From a virus (Duplodnaviria; Caudoviricetes), in IMG/VR virus record IMGVR_UViG_3300049742_000009, positions 1,927-65,926 of that record: a stretch of DNA of 64,000 nt. One strand, written 5' to 3'. The translations under genes were made by a program, and so were the position numbers. Each line of letters starts with the position of its first letter. Position 1 is the first letter of the stretch. Below are positions 23,296 through 30,817 of this stretch, in pieces. The notes under the pieces were generated by a model, which saw only the letters and a list, made by a program, of their open reading frames with translations, did no database searches and was not told where the DNA came from.

Positions 23296-23679
23296 ATGAC
23301 TACTAGCGGACAAGACCGGTTCGCACAGTGGCTAAACATGACGATGGAGAACAGAGGCATACGCGCAACAGAGCTAGCCAAGAAGCTCAAGGTCACGGAC
23401 TCGGCGGTAAGCCGTTGGAGGTCTGGCGCAGGACTGCCCAGCATGGACGCGTGCCTGCGTATGGCTAAGGTACTCCGCGTGGAAGATCCCATGAGGCTAG
23501 CCGTAACGGCCGGGCTTGTGGACGGGGACTTGATCGGCAAGGCCCCCCTGCCTCTGCCAGAGCCGACCGCTAGGCGTAACCGAGTAAAGGATCAGTTGGC
23601 CAACATCAAGGGCCTTACTGCAAAGGAACGTCAACACCTGTTGGACGCTTACGACGAGAGGATTGAAGAGGCATCATGA
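23296..23679 (+). CDS. XRE-family HTH repressor (putative immunity repressor)
   Basis: ELAKKLKVTDSAVSRWRSGAGLPS; divergent from the early operon. Confidence 0.85.
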   Translation: MTTSGQDRFAQWLNMTMENRGIRATELAKKLKVTDSAVSRWRSGAGLPSMDACLRMAKVLRVEDPMRLAVTAGLVDGDLIGKAPLPLPEPTARRNRVKDQLANIKGLTAKERQHLLDAYDERIEEAS

Positions 23680-24032
23680 ACGAGACTGTTCGACGCGTCA
23701 TCCTGTGGATCGTCTCCCTAGGCGGTTGGAGTTGGGCCATAGGCGCGGCCACTTGGGCGGTACTCGAATTCGATCCGTCCGAAGGGCACTTCGCACCTCA
23801 GTGGCTGTCCCTGTCGGTCTTCCTGTCCATGGGGTTCGCTATCGCCGCTGGCGTCACCATAGGACGCCTCAACAGTGTTCGCACCCTGTCTGACATCTTC
23901 CGGGCTGGCACCCTCAGTGAGCGAATCGAGCGCAACACGAAGATGATCGATGAGCTGTATGACGGCCAACGGGACAAGATCGAACGCAACACTAAGTCGA
24001 TCGAAACCCTCAAGGAAGAGATCAAGAAGTGA
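23676..24032 (+). CDS. two-TM membrane protein with coiled-coil tail
   Basis: Two hydrophobic helices, then a repeated KIERNTK; ATGA overlap with the repressor. Confidence 0.75.
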   Translation: MNETVRRVILWIVSLGGWSWAIGAATWAVLEFDPSEGHFAPQWLSLSVFLSMGFAIAAGVTIGRLNSVRTLSDIFRAGTLSERIERNTKMIDELYDGQRDKIERNTKSIETLKEEIKK

Positions 24033-24208
24033 ACTCCTGTCTACTGCACCACACTTACCATGAGTTCGCCCGGGAGTGTTGGACGTACCACCTGACTTGG
24101 ATGCGTGAGCGCACGCACATCCCTGACAAGTGGCGGGCCGAGTTCTACGAACAGGCAGTAGAATCCGCAATCCTGGGCGATACATGGGAGGTTAGGCATG
24201 GACATTGA
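24029..24208 (+). CDS. hypothetical protein (59 aa, not in ORF track)
   Basis: MNSCLLHHTYHEFARECWTYH...; GTGA overlap. Confidence 0.55.
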   Translation: MNSCLLHHTYHEFARECWTYHLTWMRERTHIPDKWRAEFYEQAVESAILGDTWEVRHGH

Positions 24209-24368
24209 CCCCTACAACCCTGTAGAAGTACACGACTCGCGTCGCGCTGCTGATAGCCGCGCACTGCACATCTACGGGAAGCACGCTAAGGCATTGGGGT
24301 ACACTGTAACTGTTCGCCGAACGCCCGGACGGAAGGGCTTCGGGATCTACCTAGTTAGGAAGTCATGA
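24198..24368 (+). CDS. hypothetical protein (56 aa, not in ORF track)
   Basis: MDIDPYNPVEVHDSRRAADSRALHIYGKHAKALGY...; GGGAGG RBS, ATGA overlap. Confidence 0.6.
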   Translation: MDIDPYNPVEVHDSRRAADSRALHIYGKHAKALGYTVTVRRTPGRKGFGIYLVRKS

Positions 24369-24706
24369 CTGTCCAGGAACGGGAAAGCACATGGGGCCAG
24401 GAGTGGCGGCAGCAGCGCATCGCTCGCCCTCGATACGGCGTGCTGGACTTTGACGCATGGCGCCCGTACTTTGTGACGCCACGCATGATCGCCTACATGA
24501 ATCGCCCTAGGGCGCGGCGCACTTGGGTCGTGTTCGGTGGCTTCTGGTTCATGCTCCTCGCGTTCTTTGCGTGGGCCATAGGCTTCTGGATGGTGCTCAC
24601 GATGGCTGCTACGTGGGACTTCCTTCTGCTCTCGGTGTTCGCCATGGTGTGGACCGTTGGGACCGTGGTGCAGAGGCTTCGAGCCCGGCGGCGTGCCCGC
24701 CACTGA
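24365..24706 (+). CDS. membrane protein
   Basis: Hydrophobic C-terminal half (2 TM) with basic tail. Confidence 0.7.
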   Translation: MTVQERESTWGQEWRQQRIARPRYGVLDFDAWRPYFVTPRMIAYMNRPRARRTWVVFGGFWFMLLAFFAWAIGFWMVLTMAATWDFLLLSVFAMVWTVGTVVQRLRARRRARH

Positions 24707-24709
24707 AAC

Positions 24710-24760
24710 AAAAAAGCGCCCCCCTCTCGGTACAGGGCAGTACCGGGAGGGGGGTCTTTT
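24710..24760. terminator. bidirectional intrinsic terminator
   Basis: AAAAAA-GCGCCCCCCTCTCGGTAC-loop-GTACCGGGAGGGGGGT-CTTTT between convergent genes. Confidence 0.85.
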
Positions 24761-24761
24761 G

Positions 24762-24965
24762 TCATGCGGCGTGCTTATCGTCCGAAGCCTTGTTTGGAAC
24801 GACGTAGGTCACGCCGAGCGCGCCCAGCACCGCGAGGACGACGGAAACCGCGTCCCCCGTGTTGAAGCCACCGTCAGCGATCGCCACGCCGAGCGCAGTG
24901 CCACCAGCCGCAAGACCGGCCGCCACTGCCTTGGCGTACACAGAGACCTTACCGAGTACGTTCAT
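24762..24965 (-). CDS. holin
   Basis: 67 aa, 2 TM; YAKAVAA...LGALGVTYVVPN pattern, directly after the endolysin. Confidence 0.75.
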   Translation of the reverse strand: MNVLGKVSVYAKAVAAGLAAGGTALGVAIADGGFNTGDAVSVVLAVLGALGVTYVVPNKASDDKHAA

Positions 24966-25010
24966 TTTCGTTGCCTTTCAACGGAGTTGCCCGGCTGGTT
25001 CGTCGGGACA

Positions 25011-26039
25011 TCAGGGGGCCGGGATGAGAAGCCCGGTCTTGCTTGCGAGAAGGTTCAGCACGTCGAAGTTGGGCGTACCCGTACCCGCCCAGCCCTGGAG
25101 CTGCTGGAACTTCTTACATGCGGCCGTAGTTGCCGGACCGTAGATCCCGGGGCCGCTGCTGTAGTCGAGCCCGACGACGCGGGCTAGCGCCTTCTGGAAC
25201 GCCAGCACGTCGGATCGATGCGCGCCCGGGTGAGCCTTCGCGTACTGGAGATTGAACAGGGACACGTACGGCGGCGGCGGGACCGGTGTGGGCGTCGGAG
25301 CGGGCGCGGGCGCCGGGGCTGGCTCGTCCGGCGCCTGGTCGGTCGCCGCAGGAACGTTGATCACCTGGCCGACATCGATCTCGTCAGGGTTGGTGATCTG
25401 AGGGTTCACGGCCAGCAGCGCGTCAAGGGACACGCCCAGGCTGCGCGCAATGGCAGACAGGGTGTCGCCCGCCTTGACGGTGTACGTGTCCGTACCGGCC
25501 GCAGGCGGCGTCGGCGTGGTGTCCGGCGGGGGCGGCGCGGATGCGGTACTGTACTTCGGCCGACCGTAGCCTACGATGTAGTTCGAGTGCCGAACCATGC
25601 GCTTGCATACGTTGTCGATGTTGCCTTCGATGGTGTGCACGTCGGAACCTGATACGCTCTCAACTATACCCACGTGGTCGATAGCTGAGATGGAATTGGT
25701 ACCGTTCCAGTCGAAGAACACGATGTCTCCGCGCTGGATTCCGGCGGTGTCCGTGTGCCACTGGCCACGGCTCTGGAACCACTGTGCGTGATTCACGGTG
25801 TAGTCACGCTTCGTACCACCACACACGTTCTGCGAGTTACCGGAGTGCCAAGCCGCGTATGTGATGGTCATGTTGCACCACGGCTCACCATCCTCGCCGT
25901 ACCAGTGCGTGATGAAGTTGACGTTGTTGCCGTTCGTCTCGTCCGCGCCGATACAATAGATCATCCATGCGATCATGGAGTCCACCGATCCGTTAGCCGG
26001 AACGGACGGCTTAGGAAGCGGCTCAACTGTGCTGCTCAT
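25011..26039 (-). CDS. endolysin (CHAP + LysM + peptidoglycan-binding domain)
   Basis: PWCNM...GDIVFFDW...HVGIVE...TIEGN; YTVKAGDTLSAIA...NPQI; QKAL...GIYGPAT..A.KKFQ. Confidence 0.9.
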   Translation of the reverse strand: MSSTVEPLPKPSVPANGSVDSMIAWMIYCIGADETNGNNVNFITHWYGEDGEPWCNMTITYAAWHSGNSQNVCGGTKRDYTVNHAQWFQSRGQWHTDTAGIQRGDIVFFDWNGTNSISAIDHVGIVESVSGSDVHTIEGNIDNVCKRMVRHSNYIVGYGRPKYSTASAPPPPDTTPTPPAAGTDTYTVKAGDTLSAIARSLGVSLDALLAVNPQITNPDEIDVGQVINVPAATDQAPDEPAPAPAPAPTPTPVPPPPYVSLFNLQYAKAHPGAHRSDVLAFQKALARVVGLDYSSGPGIYGPATTAACKKFQQLQGWAGTGTPNFDVLNLLASKTGLLIPAP

Positions 26040-26283
26040 AAGGCGAGCTACCTTTCGTCCAAGTGCGGGGAGGCTCTATAGATGCGCCTCGGATTATGGC
26101 CCTATACGCCTGATCACGAGTAACCGGAAGGTCGCTGTTGACGCCACCCCTGTCTATGTAATAGACAGGTTCGCCGATATAGGCTGTGTGAATCCATCCA
26201 CACAACACCTCACAGTCGCAGGGAACTATCTTAGTCTCCCTGACAACTCTTACAGTAAAGGGCGATTCCTGATACTCAGTCAC
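26023..26283 (-). CDS. hypothetical protein
   Basis: 86 aa between the NlpC/P60 gene and the endolysin; overlaps both. Confidence 0.55.
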   Translation of the reverse strand: MTEYQESPFTVRVVRETKIVPCDCEVLCGWIHTAYIGEPVYYIDRGGVNSDLPVTRDQAYRAIIRGASIEPPRTWTKGSSPYEQHS

Positions 26284-26969
26284 AACACTCTCCGAGCGAA
26301 GTTGGGTCGGTAGTAACTCATGGACACCTGCACAACTCCCGAGCTGGGGTTCTGTGCTGCGATGTACTGCCCGTTGCCTACGTAGATAGCAACGTGGTAA
26401 GCCGCGCCGGGCAGACCCCAGAAGAGCAGGTCGCCAACTTCCAAGTGGGACAGGCTCACAGACCTACCCTGTAGCGACTGCATCTCAGATGTACGATGCA
26501 GGGTTATGCCGATCTTGGCATATGCCGCCTTGGTCAGGCCCGAACAGTCGTATGCGGAAGGTCCGTTACCGCCCCATGAGTAGCGCTTCCCAAGCTGGGC
26601 GCGCAGGAAGGCCACCAGAACCGATGTCGGCTTAGTGGGCTTGGGTGCGGGGTGGACCTTCTTAACCTCAGCCTTGGGCTTAGGCTTTGACTTGTGCTCC
26701 TCGACCTTCTTAGGTGGCTTCGGCGGCGAATCGTGCTGCGTGTTACCAGGCACGGCCGCCATCGGCCAGGTAGGGAACTCGTGTCCCTCGAAGATGGGAG
26801 CGGGAGCTATGAACTCATCCTCGTCGTCGTCGTGTTCGCGAGGCTCACCGACAGAGCCCCCGGTCGTGAAGGGTATCCACGCACCGGCTGTCACAACAGA
26901 GACAGTCAGCGCTAGGGCCTTTCTCCACGACCGGAGGCCAGCAACGGCCGCGCCGTGCTTACCTGTCAT
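26280..26969 (-). CDS. secreted or membrane-anchored NlpC/P60 peptidoglycan endopeptidase
   Basis: N-terminal basic plus hydrophobic leader, K/P linker, QLGKRYSWGGNGPSAYDCSGL...GDLLFW...HVAIY. Confidence 0.9.
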   Translation of the reverse strand: MTGKHGAAVAGLRSWRKALALTVSVVTAGAWIPFTTGGSVGEPREHDDDEDEFIAPAPIFEGHEFPTWPMAAVPGNTQHDSPPKPPKKVEEHKSKPKPKAEVKKVHPAPKPTKPTSVLVAFLRAQLGKRYSWGGNGPSAYDCSGLTKAAYAKIGITLHRTSEMQSLQGRSVSLSHLEVGDLLFWGLPGAAYHVAIYVGNGQYIAAQNPSSGVVQVSMSYYRPNFARRVL

Positions 26970-27502
26970 GCCGCAGGATCTCCAAGCTGTGCGAGTGCGG
27001 ACTTGAGCTTGTTCACAGCCTCGGCGTGCGTCGCAGTCAAGGCGTCCACCTTACTCTGCAACTCGCTTCGCTTGACCTCAAGTTCGCCGACGATCTCGTT
27101 CCGCTTGGTGTTCCCGTCTGCGATCACCTGCGCCGCCTTGGAGTTGGCGTCCGCGATGATCTGGTCACCAGCCGCGTGAGCATTGGCGATCACCTTGTCA
27201 GCAGCGGCCTTTGCCTCGGCGGCCTGCTGATCTGCGGCCTGCTGAGCAACGGCCAGGAGACGCGCAACGTCGCCAATCGGGTTGCTAGGCGCAGGCGGTG
27301 CAGCGGGAACCGGAGGGAGCTGCGCTGTCACGGCACCGCTCCGGTAGCGCGACAGATCGCCGTTAGCGGCTGCGAGCTGCGTAAGAGCGCTGCTGTAGTC
27401 AGCGACGATCCGGTCTAGGAAGTCGTCAACCTCGTGCGGATCGTAGCCCCGTAGCGACTTGACCGTAAATGTCTTCTTAGTGATGTCGTCAGGGGTCAGC
27501 AT
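26966..27502 (-). CDS. divIVA: DivIVA/Wag31-like protein
   Basis: MLTPDDITKKTF...LRGYDPHEVDDFLD signature, Pro linker, then LL..AQQ.AD...A coiled coil. Confidence 0.9.
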   Translation of the reverse strand: MLTPDDITKKTFTVKSLRGYDPHEVDDFLDRIVADYSSALTQLAAANGDLSRYRSGAVTAQLPPVPAAPPAPSNPIGDVARLLAVAQQAADQQAAEAKAAADKVIANAHAAGDQIIADANSKAAQVIADGNTKRNEIVGELEVKRSELQSKVDALTATHAEAVNKLKSALAQLGDPAA

Positions 27503-27514
27503 GAGTCACCTCGT

Positions 27515-28501
27515 TTAGTACGGGCTTCCGGGGACTATCCCGAAGTACCCGTGCGCCTCATCATTCTGGATATAGTTCAGTGCCGCAGCGACGTTCGCCA
27601 ACGGGTCGTAAATGTTCAACGATGTTCCGGCAACGTGATAGTAGTCGAACGTTGCCTTGATCGTCTGCATTAGGCCCCGACTGGGATCGCCATTCGCTGC
27701 GTTAGAGTCATCCAAGTTTATTGCGTTCGGATCGCCGGAAGACTCTGCCTGTATTAGGGCGAGTATCTGGTCTATCTGCGGCCCTCCAGAGAGTGGCACC
27801 AACTGCTCAGCCTGCTGGATGATGGGTATCCAGAACGATACGTCAGAATGCTGACAATATCCAGATACCGTCCCTGGGCAATCCGGCGCGATGGCCGGTG
27901 TGATCAGGCTGCCATCGCTGGGCGGCGTGACGACCGGCGGGGGATTGTCCACGGGCGGCGTCACGACCGGCGGAGCGGGCGGCCACGGCCCCTCACACGC
28001 CTTCCCGTCGCCGTCCATGTCCAGGGCGTGCCGGTAGCCCGGCTGGCCCCTGTGCAGCCCGGCAGGCGCGTCCGTGCAGTCTCGATACCAGACCCTGACG
28101 TGGTGTCCGTGGCCGCCATCGTGACGGCCGACCGGCGGGACCGGTACGGTGCCAGCGGGGGTGCAGTGGCCATCCGGCAGGTGGACGTGTCCGCCTCGGA
28201 AGATGAGGCTGTAGTCGTCCGGCCGGTCGCCCGCGATGATGCCAGGGTTGATGGCCTCAAGGTCTGCCAGCGCCACGCCGTAACGCGCCGCGATGGTCGA
28301 GAGGTTATCGCCACGGTTGACGATGTAGTCCTCACACGCGGTAGGAGTAGCAGGAGTCGTTACATCGCCACCAGCGGGCGCAGTAGTAGGGGCAGCGTTC
28401 GCCGGGCCAGCGAACACAATCGGAATAGAACCGGTGGTGCCAACTGCCAGTGCGGCAGCGGCAATCCTCTTCTTGTTCGGACTCGGCTTTGCGTGCTTCA
28501 T
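27515..28501 (-). CDS. secreted lytic transglycosylase (signal peptide, LysM, excalibur, SLT)
   Basis: Leader ending PANA/AP; YIVNRGDNLSTIA; YRDCTDA...GQPGY...LDMDGDGKACE; AESSGDPNAIN...GLMQTI..TF. Confidence 0.88.
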   Translation of the reverse strand: MKHAKPSPNKKRIAAAALAVGTTGSIPIVFAGPANAAPTTAPAGGDVTTPATPTACEDYIVNRGDNLSTIAARYGVALADLEAINPGIIAGDRPDDYSLIFRGGHVHLPDGHCTPAGTVPVPPVGRHDGGHGHHVRVWYRDCTDAPAGLHRGQPGYRHALDMDGDGKACEGPWPPAPPVVTPPVDNPPPVVTPPSDGSLITPAIAPDCPGTVSGYCQHSDVSFWIPIIQQAEQLVPLSGGPQIDQILALIQAESSGDPNAINLDDSNAANGDPSRGLMQTIKATFDYYHVAGTSLNIYDPLANVAAALNYIQNDEAHGYFGIVPGSPY

Positions 28502-28517
28502 CCTTGATCATCTCCAC

Positions 28518-28754
28518 TCAGTGGGTATCTGCCCATACAGCTACTACTGCCACTACGAGCGACAATATCGCTATAATCGTTGCTACTTGCTGCATCGGGA
28601 AGCGTCGCTCCTCCGAAGCACGCAAGCGCTGTTCATGATCCTTGTCGTGCTCTTCCAGGTCCTCAACTCGCGAGTGCAGTTCTATGTTTGACTCGCTAAG
28701 GCGCCTGATCTCGGACCAAATAGCCTTCTCTCGACCGCCGTTGTCTATGGGCAT
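28518..28754 (-). CDS. coiled-coil membrane protein (lysis-associated)
   Basis: Heptad N-terminus and C-terminal TM VATIIAILSLVVAVVAVW. Confidence 0.7.
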   Translation of the reverse strand: MPIDNGGREKAIWSEIRRLSESNIELHSRVEDLEEHDKDHEQRLRASEERRFPMQQVATIIAILSLVVAVVAVWADTH

Positions 28755-28763
28755 GGCGGGCTC

Positions 28764-29687
28764 CTATACGAAGTATTCAATCCCATTGAAGCTGATCCAA
28801 GTTGGGTCAGCGACGGCGCCCGTCGGCGTGAAGGTGTGCGTATGGCTTCCCATGGTGTGAGTGTGGTTACCCACCACCGTAGTGTTGTGCGCGTGACACA
28901 GGTCGGAACCGGCCTGCGACAGATAACCACAGATCTGATAGTCACTGAGGTCAGTCGCGTTAATGCTAGTAGCTCCGGTGCTACCGCCTGAGGCCGTGCC
29001 CGTGTTACCGCCGTTGACGTTACCGAACGTTGTAGGACCGACCAGGACTACGGAGCCATCCGTATTGAACTGGAGTCCTACGGCGGTTGATCCACCAGTG
29101 ATGTCACGAGCCGTAAGAAGATTGCGAGTTGACGTAGGGCGGTACGGTGCCGGTACCTGGGCCGCTGCGAAGATCGCAGTATTGGTACCCGTGTGCGCCA
29201 CTGAGCCCTTCCACTGGATCTTCAAATCGCCATGATCTACGACGAGTCGATAGGCAGGGTTGCCACCACCGTTGCCGTTGTTGGTGAACCCGCTACTCGG
29301 CGTCGGAGTCTGCCAGCCACCGTTAGCGCCTAGGCTGCCGTCGTGGATCTGGCCGAGTACCACAATGTCCGTGCCCTGTTTGACTATCAGCACCGTGTCG
29401 CCGACCACGGGCGAGTAGCTGTCCAGGTAACGCACAGCGGATATGGTCGTAGTGTCATCGCCCGAGATCGTCAGATCCACGCTGGGCGGATCGGCTGTCG
29501 GGTTGTATGCGGTGATGGTTCCCTTGCGAATCGTCGCAGGATCGAACGGCAGCGGGGGCGCGGCGAGCTGATCGACCAGGGCTGCTACCTCGGTAGACTG
29601 CTGGCCTGTTGCTACCTGGGCCACCTGAGCGGAAGCCGTAGGCGCACCCTCGGCGGGTGGCGGCGGAGACGATGCGGGTGTGGTCAT
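28764..29687 (-). CDS. minor tail protein
   Basis: GT.T...V...G......RYL.SY.P.VGD.V OB-like N-terminus; G/T-rich C-terminus; position after the tail hub. Confidence 0.75.
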   Translation of the reverse strand: MTTPASSPPPPAEGAPTASAQVAQVATGQQSTEVAALVDQLAAPPLPFDPATIRKGTITAYNPTADPPSVDLTISGDDTTTISAVRYLDSYSPVVGDTVLIVKQGTDIVVLGQIHDGSLGANGGWQTPTPSSGFTNNGNGGGNPAYRLVVDHGDLKIQWKGSVAHTGTNTAIFAAAQVPAPYRPTSTRNLLTARDITGGSTAVGLQFNTDGSVVLVGPTTFGNVNGGNTGTASGGSTGATSINATDLSDYQICGYLSQAGSDLCHAHNTTVVGNHTHTMGSHTHTFTPTGAVADPTWISFNGIEYFV

Positions 29688-30808
29688 TAGCCAACGCTCC
29701 TATTCTCGCGAAGGGTTAGCTGCTGAGTTCCAGTGGCCAGCAACGGGACATTGAACGAGTCCAGGACGTAGAGCCCAGACACGTGCGACCTAGACCGCTC
29801 CACCTGGATAACGTCGTTGGCTTCGTACGCCGAGTTGACACCGGCGGTGATGGTGAGCTGCGACGAGAAGCCAAGCTGCGCGTTCAGCAGTGAAGTTGCC
29901 ATCGCCGTGGCGTCATCTTCGCTCGTAACAACCTGATCCGTTACGAACATCGGCACCTGGCCATATGGTCCGTATCGGTACGTCGGAGACGACGGCTCCA
30001 TGTCCCACGCCTCGCCGCGCACAGGCGGCAGCTCATCCCCTGGAGACTCGCCCGTCACGATGACGCCGTTATACCCGGGCTCGTCCGTGAAGACGCGGGA
30101 CAGGCTCATCATGGTGCAGCCGTGACCCTCTATGTAGGTGAACTCGGGGCTTGGCAGCGCGGCCAGGTCGGGGGGCGGTGCGATCACCAGCACGCCATGT
30201 GCGTCGAAATACGCCTGGCAGCCGAGCGATGAAGCAAGCGTGGTGATCGCATCCCATGGGTTACTTGAGATGTCGTACACCTGAGGCGAGCTTGTAGTGA
30301 TGCTAGTTGAGATAGTGTCGTAGTCAACGTCTGGCAGAGTCAGTGCAACTATGCCCTTGATGGCGTCAATTACGTTGGTGTCAGCGTCAACCGTATAGAC
30401 GCTGGTGAAACTGTTCCGTCCTATGGTGCGGGACAGGTCAGACGCTTCTATGCTGATAGCGGGGGAGCCGCCTACAGAGTCGTCAACGGTTGTCTTTGAC
30501 AGGCGGAAGACGCCGAGCGGGTAAACCTCATAGGTGCCATCGTCATAGACGACACCCCGGTAAGGGCGCAGCTCCGTCCCGAACGGGGTAAGGATGCTAG
30601 CCGCATTCTTCGGCGTCAACTCTCCTGTTGGGTCAACGCACTTGACGGTAAGCGCACGACGAGTAGCAGACTTACCGTCAACGCTGACCTCACCATCTAT
30701 CGCAGTGAGCCGGAACTGCTCCTGAGTGGGCCCCGTGATATCGATGTAAGAGATCGAACGGTGCGACCGCTTGATCTCGTTTATGTACCTATCAGTACCA
30801 CGGGGCAT
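29687..30808 (-). CDS. minor tail protein (DUF5047-like hub)
   Basis: PFGTEL..YRGV...PLGVFR; position downstream of the TMP. Confidence 0.75.
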   Translation of the reverse strand: MPRGTDRYINEIKRSHRSISYIDITGPTQEQFRLTAIDGEVSVDGKSATRRALTVKCVDPTGELTPKNAASILTPFGTELRPYRGVVYDDGTYEVYPLGVFRLSKTTVDDSVGGSPAISIEASDLSRTIGRNSFTSVYTVDADTNVIDAIKGIVALTLPDVDYDTISTSITTSSPQVYDISSNPWDAITTLASSLGCQAYFDAHGVLVIAPPPDLAALPSPEFTYIEGHGCTMMSLSRVFTDEPGYNGVIVTGESPGDELPPVRGEAWDMEPSSPTYRYGPYGQVPMFVTDQVVTSEDDATAMATSLLNAQLGFSSQLTITAGVNSAYEANDVIQVERSRSHVSGLYVLDSFNVPLLATGTQQLTLRENRSVG

Positions 30809-30817
30809 GTCAACTCC

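Noticed and set aside
22629-23313. ORFs in the divergent control region, including a possible cro
   Set aside because: None shows an HTH or good RBS; the region is better explained as promoters and operators.
27848-28507. 219 aa plus-strand ORF
   Set aside because: Antisense shadow of the SLT gene.
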